From positions 1 to 47,532 of the forward strand of contig VGJQ01000003.1 in NCBI GenBank assembly GCA_016867375.1: 47,532 bases of DNA, in the 5' to 3' direction. The first letter of the stretch is position 1. Every line of letters starts with the position of its first letter. The translations under genes were made by a program, and so were the position numbers. This DNA comes from Candidatus Kaiserbacteria bacterium. Its GTDB lineage: Bacteria; Patescibacteriota; Minisyncoccia; Phycocordibacterales; UBA2100. Shown piece after piece: positions 9,463-18,241 of this stretch. The notes under the pieces are model-generated. The model was not told where the DNA came from. It did not search any database and saw only the letters and a program-made list of their open reading frames with translations.

Positions 9463-10131
9463 ATGGGGAAGCGGGGACCAAAACCAAAAAAGATACTCTC
9501 AGAAGAATGGTCTTCTCACCTTGCATATGCGATAGGACTACTTGCATCCGATGGATGCTTGTCTGCCCCGTCTCACGGATATTTGATTGATCTGACATCA
9601 AAAGATAGGGAACAGCTTGAAAATTTTATAACCTGTCTCGGTGTGCCGTTCAAGATTACAAGAAAATTAGGAGGAAACGGAAAAGGGTACTTACGCGTAC
9701 AGTTCAAGAATATTACCTTCTATACTTTCCTAATCTCTGTGGGATTGACCCCAGCAAAGTCAAAGACAATCGGCGCCTTGAATATTCCCGACGCATATTT
9801 CTTTGATTTTTTGCGTGGACTCTTCGATGGCGATGGAAGTACATACTCATATTGGGATAAAAGATGGCGTTCGAGCTTTATGTTCTATCTTACTTTTGTG
9901 TCAGCGAGCCCTCTATTCATCAACTGGCTTCGAGAGAATATAGCAAGACTTTCCGGTGCGAGAGGTCATATTTCGGGTGCCAAAAGAGGGGTTCTTTATC
10001 AGCTTCGATATGCAAAAAAAGATGCTCTCGTGATCTTGAAGAAAATGTACAAAAAGAAAGAAGTTGTTTGCTTGCGGCGCAAAAGATTGAAAATAGAAGA
10101 AATGTTGCGTATAGTGGGGGAGTCATTGTAG
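9463..10131 (+). CDS. free-standing double-motif LAGLIDADG homing endonuclease
   Basis: Two motifs, LAYAIGLLASDGCL and FLRGLFDGDGS. GC is visibly lower than in rplS. It is not embedded in any host gene. Confidence 0.8.
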   Translation: MGKRGPKPKKILSEEWSSHLAYAIGLLASDGCLSAPSHGYLIDLTSKDREQLENFITCLGVPFKITRKLGGNGKGYLRVQFKNITFYTFLISVGLTPAKSKTIGALNIPDAYFFDFLRGLFDGDGSTYSYWDKRWRSSFMFYLTFVSASPLFINWLRENIARLSGARGHISGAKRGVLYQLRYAKKDALVILKKMYKKKEVVCLRRKRLKIEEMLRIVGESL

Positions 10132-10162
10132 TCTTGCAATGGAGATTATTTGACAGATGCTT

Positions 10163-10244
10163 GCGCAGGTGGCGGAACTGGTATACGCGTACGTTTGAGG
10201 GGCGTATGGAGCAATCCTTGGGGGTTCAAGTCCCCCCCTGCGCA
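10163..10244 (+). tRNA. tRNA-Leu (anticodon GAG), class II with long variable arm
   Basis: Acceptor gcgcagg/cctgcgc, anticodon stem tacgt/gcgta with loop ttgaggg, 13-nt variable arm, T-arm ggggg-ttcaagt-ccccc. Confidence 0.85.
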
Positions 10245-10253
10245 CAAAATGCC

Positions 10254-10278
10254 AAAACCGGAGTATTGCTCCGGTTTT
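10254..10278 (+). terminator. intrinsic terminator after tRNA-Leu
   Basis: aaaaccggag-tattg-ctccggtttt hairpin with a U-tail. Confidence 0.7.
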
Positions 10279-10308
10279 GTCGCTTTTTGTAGCAAGAGGG
10301 GGAGACAC

Positions 10309-10397
10309 AAAAGTGACACCCCTTTTGCTGAAATGATGAACATATGTCATCCTTCACTGATGATGAGGGCACCACAAAGCTCTTCGATAGTCCGTAA
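10309..10397 (+). pseudogene. orphan 5' UTR plus first 17 codons of a PduO-type adenosyltransferase gene
   Basis: It aligns by eye with 13769-13862 (aaaagtgacacc..atgatgaa..tatgtcat.cttcactg...acaaagctcttcgatagtccg). It translates to [17 protein letters not shown] and then stops. Confidence 0.75.
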
Positions 10398-10426
10398 GGA
10401 GTGCATATCAAAAAGACGTCACCTAT

Positions 10427-11071
10427 ATGATTGAACAACTCACCTCACTAATACAGCCGATTGTCGTTACGTACGGGGCCACCGGAATTCTTTTTGCCAC
10501 CCTGCTTGAGGAAGTGATTGCACCTATCCCGTCGCCATTGGTACCACTTACCGCTGGTTTTTTTCTTTTGCCGGCGGGCGCGGGCTTTTTGGAAGTGATT
10601 CGGGGAGCGCTCTTTGTTATCGCCGTGCCAGTGGCCTTTGGCATCACGCTCGGGTCTTTGGCCGTGTACGGTCTGGGTTATTGGGGAGGAAAACCCGTTA
10701 TCGAAAAAAATAAAAAATGGATTGGGTTAAGCTGGAAAGATTTGGAAAAAACCGAACAGAAGCTGACTCGCGGGAAGGGGGATGAAATCACACTTTTTGT
10801 ACTGCGCGTGTTGCCCATTGTCCCAGGTGTGGCAGTATCCGGCTTTTGCGGAATAGCACGCTATCCACTGAAGACATTTATGATCATTACGTTTGTTGGT
10901 GCATTCGTGCGCGCTGCTGCTTTGGGTGTCGTGGGGTGGTATGTGGGAGCGGCATATATGGAGTACGTCGACGTCATCTCTAAACTAGAAAAGTACTTCT
11001 TTGCTGTTGTAATCGTCTTGATATTATTCTTTGCAGGACGCTGGTACTATTTAAAAAAGATGTGCGCATAA
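10427..11071 (+). CDS. DedA/SNARE-associated family membrane protein
   Basis: 214-aa polytopic ORF with a conserved GYWGGKP-type loop. A paralog lies at 16194-16802. Confidence 0.7.
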   Translation: MIEQLTSLIQPIVVTYGATGILFATLLEEVIAPIPSPLVPLTAGFFLLPAGAGFLEVIRGALFVIAVPVAFGITLGSLAVYGLGYWGGKPVIEKNKKWIGLSWKDLEKTEQKLTRGKGDEITLFVLRVLPIVPGVAVSGFCGIARYPLKTFMIITFVGAFVRAAALGVVGWYVGAAYMEYVDVISKLEKYFFAVVIVLILFFAGRWYYLKKMCA

Positions 11072-11168
11072 TATAAATTGAGGATGTGTGTGATGGGCAC
11101 ATGTGAAAAGGAAATTTTCAGTGGCTGACGAGCGTCAGCGTACTAGCGAAGTCGGACTTCACTTAGTA

Positions 11169-12005
11169 CTAATCAAAATCGACACCCCAATATTTCTTGA
11201 ATTTTCCCTTGATCTTTTTTGCTTTCCCAGGATTTTTTTCGAGCCAGACATGTGCTTTCGTTTTTTGCTGGAAAATTGAGAGGACTGCGTGCAAATCAAG
11301 GTCATCCATTGATTTTGTACGCGCATACATATCATCTATTCGTCGGGCGATTTGTGGGTCGACTTTGACCGTGAGCACATAATCATCCACCACGTTGATG
11401 TACGTGGCCCGATCTGCCTCAAAAGGACTTTTTCCGAATGAATATACGACGGTATCTTTATCCCAAAACTTCTGTGTCCAACGATCGAGAAATGTATTAC
11501 CGCCGACGATGAGGTACAATTTTGACTTCGCCAGCTTGAGCGACTTGATGTACTGCTTTTCTTGCTTTGTCTGTACCAGGTGAAACCATGGGTGGGGATT
11601 CCAGCCCAGGAGAACTTTCTTTTCCGATTGTTGTATGAGTATCAGAAGGATGTGTGACCAAAAGTCGTTCATCTTGAGTAAATCGCTGAAATGCCAGATC
11701 TCCCGTTTGTGTTCATCGGGTAGTATCGTCGGTAGTTGCGGACGTTCGACATATTTTTTCTCGAGCGTCTGCGCCAACGCCAGGGAATCAAGTACCCACG
11801 GTAGGCGCAAACCATACATACCGCTCACCTTGAACACTACACCTTCTTTCTGGAGCTTCTTGAGTTCCTTATAAAATCCTTGCAGCGAATATTGCTTGCC
11901 GCCTGCAGCGCTTATGCTGTCTCGGAGCTGCACTACACTCTGCTCCGGCCGTTCCGCCAGCGAACGGATGATATTACTCGCCAAACTATGTTGCTTTTCC
12001 AGCAT
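11169..12005 (-). CDS. hypothetical protein with probable N-terminal winged-helix domain
   Basis: 278-aa ORF. The N-terminal 70 aa resemble a wHTH (..SLQGFYKELKKLQKEGVVFKV..). The remainder has no recognisable motif. Confidence 0.5.
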   Translation of the reverse strand: MLEKQHSLASNIIRSLAERPEQSVVQLRDSISAAGGKQYSLQGFYKELKKLQKEGVVFKVSGMYGLRLPWVLDSLALAQTLEKKYVERPQLPTILPDEHKREIWHFSDLLKMNDFWSHILLILIQQSEKKVLLGWNPHPWFHLVQTKQEKQYIKSLKLAKSKLYLIVGGNTFLDRWTQKFWDKDTVVYSFGKSPFEADRATYINVVDDYVLTVKVDPQIARRIDDMYARTKSMDDLDLHAVLSIFQQKTKAHVWLEKNPGKAKKIKGKFKKYWGVDFD

Positions 12006-12119
12006 ATTATACTATTAGTTGAAAAGAGTATGTCTATTATACATTTTGTTGAATGCCGGTCAAGGGCGTGATTTTATGTTCCCGGACGAGAAGTCCTTAC
12101 TCGAAAAAAGGAGATGTCT

Positions 12120-12476
12120 ATGTTGAGTCAGGAACATATCCGAGTACCTGGTTGCTCTGGCGTGACGGTGCGCGAGATGCCGTCCGCGCACGGGCTGCAC
12201 ATTCTCGAAGTAAATGTGGCGCCAGGCGGAGAAATACCTCTCCATACCCATGACTGCGCCGCGACCATGATTATCACGCGAGGGAGTGCATGTAAGCTCA
12301 TCTCTGGTGGTAGCGGTGATTATGTTGGCCCTGGCGACGTCGTGAGGAAAGCAAAAGGGGAGCCACATGGCTTCTCAGCAATCGGGGAAGACGGCTTCCA
12401 GTTCATTTCGTTCTCAGACGGAGACGGGATCTTGCGCGAGCACTCGGATGACGATTGGGATCTGCGCTACGTCTGA
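12120..12476 (+). CDS. cupin-domain protein
   Basis: GGEIPLHTHD...GEPHGF are cupin metal-binding motifs. The start was chosen at the second ATG, 6 nt after AAGGAG. Confidence 0.7.
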   Translation: MLSQEHIRVPGCSGVTVREMPSAHGLHILEVNVAPGGEIPLHTHDCAATMIITRGSACKLISGGSGDYVGPGDVVRKAKGEPHGFSAIGEDGFQFISFSDGDGILREHSDDDWDLRYV

Positions 12477-12529
12477 CAGATTTAATGTGTGGTGGCGGAT
12501 TAACTCTCGCCACCACCATTTTCAACACT

Positions 12530-12922
12530 ATGGTTGTCCATCATCACACTATTCTCATCGCAACGGTTCGTCGACCATCGGCGAAAATAGAATGTGGCGA
12601 TCTGGAACAATTCTTGCACCGGCTTGTAAAGCGAATCGGTATGCAGGAGCTTTTCAAACCCATCGCTATTCACGGCAAATACGGCTTTACCGGCATTGTC
12701 GGCATCGTTACGTCGCATATCGCCTTTCACTATTTCGAGGAAGACCACACGTTGCATTTCGACGTGTACAGTTGTAAACCATACGATATTGATACGCTGC
12801 TGAAATTCATTGACGAATACTGGGGCATCGAGCATGGCGAGATATTATTTGTAGATAGGGAAACGCTTTTCGATGTGAAGCGGTACTCATACTCCGCAGG
12901 AAGACTGGCAGAGGTGAGGTGA
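12530..12922 (+). CDS. S-adenosylmethionine decarboxylase-like (SpeH/class 1 pyruvoyl) protein
   Basis: GFTGIVGIVTSHIAFHYFEE..HFDVYSCKP parallels the ..ESHisiHTWPE..DvftCG signature. It has T-S instead of E-S at the presumed cleavage site. The start is set at MVVHHH. Confidence 0.55.
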   Translation: MVVHHHTILIATVRRPSAKIECGDLEQFLHRLVKRIGMQELFKPIAIHGKYGFTGIVGIVTSHIAFHYFEEDHTLHFDVYSCKPYDIDTLLKFIDEYWGIEHGEILFVDRETLFDVKRYSYSAGRLAEVR

Positions 12923-12963
12923 TGGATTGCATTGCCGCCATCCTTATAAAATAACCAAGAAGT

Positions 12964-13752
12964 ATGGAAACATTCCCGGATCCTCACATAGCCGACGTGG
13001 CACAGGAGTATACAAAAAAGGGATTGAAAGATGCCGACATTCAGACACTACAAGATGTCGTAGGCAACGACGCTGCGCGATTCCGCCGCCTTGCGCAACG
13101 ACGACTTTTTGGGGAGCCGTTTGCATACATATTCAACAAAGCTGATTTTCTCGGGCATAGCTTGTATGTCGATCGGCGTGTCTACATTCCCAACCAGGAA
13201 ACCGAGAAAATGGTGCGCGCAGTAATCGAGACAATGCCTGATGATGCGACAGTGGTGGATGTCGGGTGCGGTTCGGGCGCTATAGCGAGTGCCATCAAAC
13301 TCGCCAAACCACATGCGAAGGTATTTGCGGTAGACATCGACCCGCGGACGCTCGATGTAGCCCGCTTGAATGCGCAAAATCTCGGGGCGTCGGTTGAATG
13401 TATGGAAAGTTATTATGTGGACGATCTCTATATCGCTTCTCCTGATTTTTGCATAGCCGATCTGCCGTACGGAGACAAGCATACGATTCTCGATACGAAC
13501 GTGCCGCAAGAAATTCCTCATCTACCCCCGACTTCTTTTTGGCATCCACTAGGAACACTAAACGCTTACCAAGAACTCATACAGTCCATCGCGCGGAAAA
13601 AATGGAGCACCACGCTCTTTTTTGAGACCGGTAAAGTGGATGGAGAATGCGTTTCCGCCATCATTCCGCAGTATTTGCGATGGGAATATATACGTACGGA
13701 TCCGGCATATTCGTATACGAAAGTATATTTTACGGGTGTAAGCGAACAGTAG
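12964..13752 (+). CDS. HemK/PrmC-like class I SAM-dependent methyltransferase
   Basis: SAM-binding VVDVGCGSGAI. The catalytic tetrad reads DLPY instead of NPPY. Confidence 0.6.
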   Translation: METFPDPHIADVAQEYTKKGLKDADIQTLQDVVGNDAARFRRLAQRRLFGEPFAYIFNKADFLGHSLYVDRRVYIPNQETEKMVRAVIETMPDDATVVDVGCGSGAIASAIKLAKPHAKVFAVDIDPRTLDVARLNAQNLGASVECMESYYVDDLYIASPDFCIADLPYGDKHTILDTNVPQEIPHLPPTSFWHPLGTLNAYQELIQSIARKKWSTTLFFETGKVDGECVSAIIPQYLRWEYIRTDPAYSYTKVYFTGVSEQ

Positions 13753-13805
13753 CCACAAGAGGAAATGAAAAAGTGACACCTCCTTTTTACTGGTATGATG
13801 AATGT

Positions 13806-14390
13806 ATGTCATTCTTCACTGGCAAAGGGGATGGGGGTACTACAAAGCTCTTCGATAGTCCGCAGGGCGTACGCGTCACAAAATCGTCGCCCATTTTTGA
13901 ATGTCTTGGTCAGCTCGATGAACTCAACACGATCGTGGGATGGTGCAAGGTCGGGTGTCCAGAGGATTTTGTCGTGGATGAGGTGCGGGGTGCGCAGATA
14001 CTCAGCGGTGTGCAGGATCATCTTTTCACGATTCAGGCCGAGGTCGCCGGAGCACCCAAATCCGTGCCGCAGGAACGTGTGGAAGTGCTCAGTGCACTCA
14101 TCACATCCATCGAGTCACAGCTTCCCGAAGTGAAGAGTTTTCTCGTGCCGGGCGGGACGGAGTTGTCCGCCCGACTCGACATCGCGCGCGCTGTCTCGCG
14201 CCGTGTCGAGCGCCGTCTCGTCACGGTGCATGAGTCCGGCGATCCCTCGAATCCCTCGGGACAAGGACGCATCATATCGGAGGGGAGTCGCGCGTATGCA
14301 AATAGACTCTCGTCACTTTTCTATGCACTCACTCGATTCGCAAATCACCGCGCGGGAGTGGTAGAGCGGCCGCCGGAATATCTCACCTGA
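13806..14390 (+). CDS. ATP:cob(I)alamin adenosyltransferase, PduO type
   Basis: MSFFTGKGDGGTTKLF..LGQLDELN signature. The ORF-track start at 13647 is an upstream read-through extension. Confidence 0.8.
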   Translation: MSFFTGKGDGGTTKLFDSPQGVRVTKSSPIFECLGQLDELNTIVGWCKVGCPEDFVVDEVRGAQILSGVQDHLFTIQAEVAGAPKSVPQERVEVLSALITSIESQLPEVKSFLVPGGTELSARLDIARAVSRRVERRLVTVHESGDPSNPSGQGRIISEGSRAYANRLSSLFYALTRFANHRAGVVERPPEYLT

Positions 14391-14391
14391 T

Positions 14392-15495
14392 ATGGCATCG
14401 CGCTATTTTCCAAAAAGCACCGAAGAGCTTGTACGTTGGTATGAGCGATATGTCTCACCCTTTGCTCTCATTCTCGGCTTTTTGGCTGATAATTTCTTTT
14501 TCTTTTCGCGCGTGGATTCTCTGCAGACACATCTCCTGTTTTTCTTTTATCTTTTGGTCGTCGGATCCTGCATCCTATTGATTCATTTCATCCAAGCGGG
14601 GAAGATGCGCGATCGTCGCATTGTGAATATGGCACCGTTTATTCCCGTCGTCATGCAGTTCATGTTTGGTAATCTCTTTAGCGGGTACCTGGCGCTGTAT
14701 AGTCGCAGTGCATCGATCGCTGTCAGCTGGATATTCGTCGTGGTGCTCGCGGGCCTTTTGATCGGCAATGAGCGCTTCAGAAATCTCTACACGCGATTCA
14801 CGTTTCAGATCAGTCTCTACTTTACGGTACTGTTTTCGTTCCTCATCTTTTTCTTGCCGACTGTTTTTCTCCACATCGGTCCGTGGATGTTTGTGTTGAG
14901 CGGGGTCGTCAGTTTGATCGCGATCGCGCTGTTTATGCTGCTGCTCAATAGATTTCTACCTATGATCGTGCGTGCGGACTTTCGGCGCACGCTTGCGATC
15001 ATTATCACGATCTTCGCTACATTCAACATCCTGTATTTTGCCGACCTGATCCCGCCGGTACCCATCGCGCTCAAAGAGGCGGGTGTGTACCATAAAGTGA
15101 CCCGTACGCAAAGCGGTGATTATGAGCTTTTGGCTGAGCCAGTGCCTTGGTATGAGTCATATCTGCGCTACAACACCGCCTATCATGTTGTCGCGGGGGA
15201 GGGAGTGTATGTATACAGTGCAGTCTTTGCACCGACTGGGCTCTCCACGGGCATCTTGCACGAGTGGCAGCGGTTTGATGAGATTTCCGAACGATGGATA
15301 GATGCGGGGACGCTGCGTTTTGCCATTACCGGCGGACGCGAAGGTGGATACCGCGGATACTCGCTCAAATCATTTCCGGCGCCGGGTACGTGGCGAGTAA
15401 ATGTAATCACCGAATACGGAAAATTGGTCGGCAGAGTATCCTTCAGGGTCATACCGGTCGCGACAAGCGTCCCCCTCATTTCTCTGACGAAATAA
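14392..15495 (+). CDS. polytopic membrane protein with C-terminal soluble beta-rich domain
   Basis: 367-aa ORF with about 7 TM segments followed by a roughly 130-aa domain. It may be DUF2914-like, from memory only. Confidence 0.5.
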   Translation: MASRYFPKSTEELVRWYERYVSPFALILGFLADNFFFFSRVDSLQTHLLFFFYLLVVGSCILLIHFIQAGKMRDRRIVNMAPFIPVVMQFMFGNLFSGYLALYSRSASIAVSWIFVVVLAGLLIGNERFRNLYTRFTFQISLYFTVLFSFLIFFLPTVFLHIGPWMFVLSGVVSLIAIALFMLLLNRFLPMIVRADFRRTLAIIITIFATFNILYFADLIPPVPIALKEAGVYHKVTRTQSGDYELLAEPVPWYESYLRYNTAYHVVAGEGVYVYSAVFAPTGLSTGILHEWQRFDEISERWIDAGTLRFAITGGREGGYRGYSLKSFPAPGTWRVNVITEYGKLVGRVSFRVIPVATSVPLISLTK

Positions 15496-15580
15496 GCTCT
15501 GTGTCAGAGTGTCTGCGGAGTTACCTTGCTACATCCACCCCACCCCACATCACCCGATGTGTTTGACGTCTCCACTTGCG

Positions 15581-15618
15581 ATACACTAATTCTACGCTAT
15601 AGCGTATACTTAGTGTAT
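15581..15618. repeat. 38-nt nested near-perfect palindrome
   Basis: atacactaa-ttc-tacgcta|tagcgta-tac-ttagtgtat. The right arm overlaps the ATG of a 27-codon mini-ORF. Confidence 0.85.
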
Positions 15619-15682
15619 GGGAAATCTGGAGCAATCGAGCAAGAAGAAACGGCGGCGCAAAGATGTTACCTCGCCCATTTTA

Positions 15683-15745
15683 GGGCCCGTTCATAAATAA
15701 TTACCACTTTCTTGTACATAAGTATGATGTAGGGCATAATCGGGG
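15683..15745. mobile_element. degenerate or truncated copy of the MITE-like element
   Basis: The left end TA-gggcccgttcataaataa matches the left end at 40717-40737. The right end is not recognisable. Confidence 0.5.
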
Positions 15746-15771
15746 TCTGTGAGTGAAAAGGGGTAAGGTAT

Positions 15772-15847
15772 GGTGCTTATGGTGTAATGGTTAGCACTAC
15801 AGCTTGTGGAGCTGTCAGTTCCGGTTCAAATCCGGATAGGCACCCCA
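15772..15847 (+). tRNA. tRNA-His (anticodon GTG) with encoded G-1 and CCA
   Basis: Acceptor gtgctta/taggcac, anticodon stem acagc/gctgt with loop ttgtgga, T-arm tccgg-ttcaaat-ccgga. An extra 5' G lies opposite discriminator C, and CCA follows. Confidence 0.85.
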
Positions 15848-15956
15848 ATATATAGAAATTGCAGAAATGAAGAGAATTGTGCCTACTTTTTGTTAAGGAG
15901 GTGTCTTTTTGTATAATGAAATAAGTGTTTTGCAGGTTTATCACGGGGAGGAGGAG

Positions 15957-16157
15957 ATGCTCCATGCGTTCCTGAAAAAGCTCGGGATGGTCGCCCTGAT
16001 CTCATATGTGATCGAGATCCTGATGTTTCTCGTACTGTGGCAGTTGATGGGATATGCGTTTTGGGATGCGGCCAAGATATCCTGGCTCACATCTTGGCCA
16101 ATACTGCCACTGATCCCCGTAGCCATCTACTTTGTGAAAAAAAGATACCGCGGATGA
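15957..16157 (+). CDS. small membrane protein
   Basis: 66-aa ORF with 2 TM segments. The ATG is preceded by GGAGGAG. Confidence 0.5.
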   Translation: MLHAFLKKLGMVALISYVIEILMFLVLWQLMGYAFWDAAKISWLTSWPILPLIPVAIYFVKKRYRG

Positions 16158-16193
16158 CAATGGTGATTGTTGTCTGCGGTGTCGTTTTTTGTA

Positions 16194-16802
16194 TTACTTC
16201 GGTTCCACGAGGCGCTGCTGTGCGTATCGCAGAGCAAGCAGGGAGGTGCCTAGTATGATGATACTTAAGACGATTTGCTGCGAGAGTGAAAGTGGCTTAA
16301 ACGCTTCTCCCACATAAGCACCGATCAGTACCACCGCAAACACCCATATAAATGCGCCGATCGTATTGATCGTCAAAAAACGCGGATAGGGGACGCGGAG
16401 CGTGCCAGCGGTGATGAGTGTGGGTATCGCAAGGCCAAATCCCATGGTGAGCTTCGAGAGGATAATGATCTGTATGTCGAATCGTTTGAATCGACGCTCG
16501 ACACGGTCGAGGTCTTGGGGCTCAAATCCGAAGAAATGACCCCATTTTTGTGCAAACGTGCGCGTCCCAAATCGGCCGACGAGATACCAGCAGGTATCGG
16601 AGCTTACGTCTGCCGCGAGGAGGGTGAGGTACATAGGCCAAAACGCGGCGGCACCGATCGACCAGAGGAGTCCGCCGGCCATCATCGCGATCGTCCCCTC
16701 AAAGAAGCACGCGAAGAACAAAAGCGCATATTTTGAAGTATCAATGAAGGTCAATATGTCAGCCAGTACGGATGATTCCATAGTGTGTATTTCATAGTAC
16801 AC
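16194..16802 (-). CDS. DedA family membrane protein
   Basis: 202-aa polytopic ORF, a paralog of 10427-11071. Confidence 0.7.
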   Translation of the reverse strand: MYYEIHTMESSVLADILTFIDTSKYALLFFACFFEGTIAMMAGGLLWSIGAAAFWPMYLTLLAADVSSDTCWYLVGRFGTRTFAQKWGHFFGFEPQDLDRVERRFKRFDIQIIILSKLTMGFGLAIPTLITAGTLRVPYPRFLTINTIGAFIWVFAVVLIGAYVGEAFKPLSLSQQIVLSIIILGTSLLALRYAQQRLVEPK

Positions 16803-16863
16803 TATAGCAAGTGTGGCGTAGTGAACGCGATGTGCCGTACCTTTATGGTGATATACTTACGGA

Positions 16864-17070
16864 ATGGAAGATCAGGAACTAGCTCGCCGACTCGATGAGA
16901 TGATGGCAAAGCTCGACGCCGTCTATGCTTCGTCTGAAAAGACGCGCAAGCTGTTCGTGGCGATGATTGTGATAGCCATTATCGCTTTTGTGCTTCCTTT
17001 GATCGGACTGCTCTTTGCGGTACCTGCGTTTCTCTCGACATACGACAGTATCGCGAATATCGGCATGTAG
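16864..17070 (+). CDS. small membrane protein
   Basis: 68-aa ORF with one long hydrophobic segment. Confidence 0.4.
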   Translation: MEDQELARRLDEMMAKLDAVYASSEKTRKLFVAMIVIAIIAFVLPLIGLLFAVPAFLSTYDSIANIGM

Positions 17071-17119
17071 CCACCCTATTTATTGTTTATCATTATTATT
17101 TATAATCACATCATTCATT

Positions 17120-17938
17120 ATGGAAGACATGAATCAGCGAAAAGATTTACACATTCATCCGCCGCAGGTGATTGTCACGCTCGCTGCCGTGGCACTCGGC
17201 ATGCTCGCACTCTTTCTCCTCATACTTACGGTGAGCGAGTTGCGCGGGTACAAATATATCGGTGCAGGCATCAGTCCGACCAATACGATCTCCGTTTCGG
17301 GAGAGGGTGAGGTATTTGCGGTGCCCGACACGGGCGAATTTAGCGTGACCATCCAAGAAGAGGCAAAAGAAGTCGCGAAGGCGCAGGATGAAATGGCAAA
17401 GAAGGCAAATGCAATCATGGCGTATCTCAAAGGTGCGGGTGTTGAGGAGAAAGACATCAAGACCACCGACTACAACGTATCTCCGCGATATGAATGGACG
17501 CAGGGTATCTGCACAGGTGGCTATTGTCCGCCCGGCAAACAAAATCTCATCGGATTCCAGGCTTCCGAGACGATCAATGTAAAGGTGCGTGACACGCAGA
17601 AAGCTGGTGAACTCCTCTCGGGAGTCGGTGGCAAGGGCGCTTATCAGGTGAGTGGTCTCTCATTTACGATCGACGACGAAGATGCTCTCAAGGCAGAGGC
17701 GCGCGACAAGGCGATCGAGCAGGCAAAGGAGAAGGCTGATGTACTCGCCAAGTCGCTTGGCGTGTCGATCGTGCGCGTCGTTGGCTTCTATGAAAATGAA
17801 GGAGGTTATCCCACTCCGATGTATGCGCGCGCGGATATGGCTATGGGCGGCAGTATGGAAAAGGCTGTTGTACCGGAGATCGCTGTAGGGCAGAACAAAA
17901 TCATCTCCAATGTTAACGTGACCTACGAGATCAGATAA
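17120..17938 (+). CDS. SIMPL/DUF541-family secreted protein
   Basis: TM anchor followed by ISVSGEGEV.AVPD...GFQASETINVKVRD...KAIEQAKEKADVLAKSLG, typical of the SIMPL family. Confidence 0.7.
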   Translation: MEDMNQRKDLHIHPPQVIVTLAAVALGMLALFLLILTVSELRGYKYIGAGISPTNTISVSGEGEVFAVPDTGEFSVTIQEEAKEVAKAQDEMAKKANAIMAYLKGAGVEEKDIKTTDYNVSPRYEWTQGICTGGYCPPGKQNLIGFQASETINVKVRDTQKAGELLSGVGGKGAYQVSGLSFTIDDEDALKAEARDKAIEQAKEKADVLAKSLGVSIVRVVGFYENEGGYPTPMYARADMAMGGSMEKAVVPEIAVGQNKIISNVNVTYEIR

Positions 17939-17947
17939 AGTAGTACG

Positions 17948-18241
17948 ATGGCCAAAAAAGACTTCGACCTAAAGATGAACGAGCGGCTCTCGCTCTTCAA
18001 ACTCCTCGCCGATCGCAATCGATACCGATGCGTCGTGCTCTTGATGCGTTCCAAGACGGGCGGATCGGTGAGGACGATCGCAGAGGCGCTCAATATGAGT
18101 CATTCGTCGACGAGCCACCTGCTCGCGGTTTTGCACGATGCGGGCATCGTCATGTACAAGAAGAGTGGGCGAGAAGTCTCATATAGCTTGGCCAAGACCC
18201 CCCAAGCAAAGCGTGTCATTAAGCTGGTGCAGGCTTCTTAG
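17948..18241 (+). CDS. ArsR/SmtB-family HTH regulator
   Basis: LFKLLADRNRYRCVVLL...TIAEALNMSHSSTSHLLAVLHDAGIV. Confidence 0.75.
   Translation: MAKKDFDLKMNERLSLFKLLADRNRYRCVVLLMRSKTGGSVRTIAEALNMSHSSTSHLLAVLHDAGIVMYKKSGREVSYSLAKTPQAKRVIKLVQAS

Noticed and set aside
13647-13805. Upstream 53-codon extension of the adenosyltransferase ORF
   Set aside because: The extension overlaps the methyltransferase gene end. The conserved family N-terminus MSFFTGKGDGG starts at 13806, and the duplicated orphan copy at 10344 starts at the equivalent ATG.
15777-15965. 62-aa minus-strand ORF
   Set aside because: It overlaps tRNA-His, which folds into a complete cloverleaf with G-1 and CCA.
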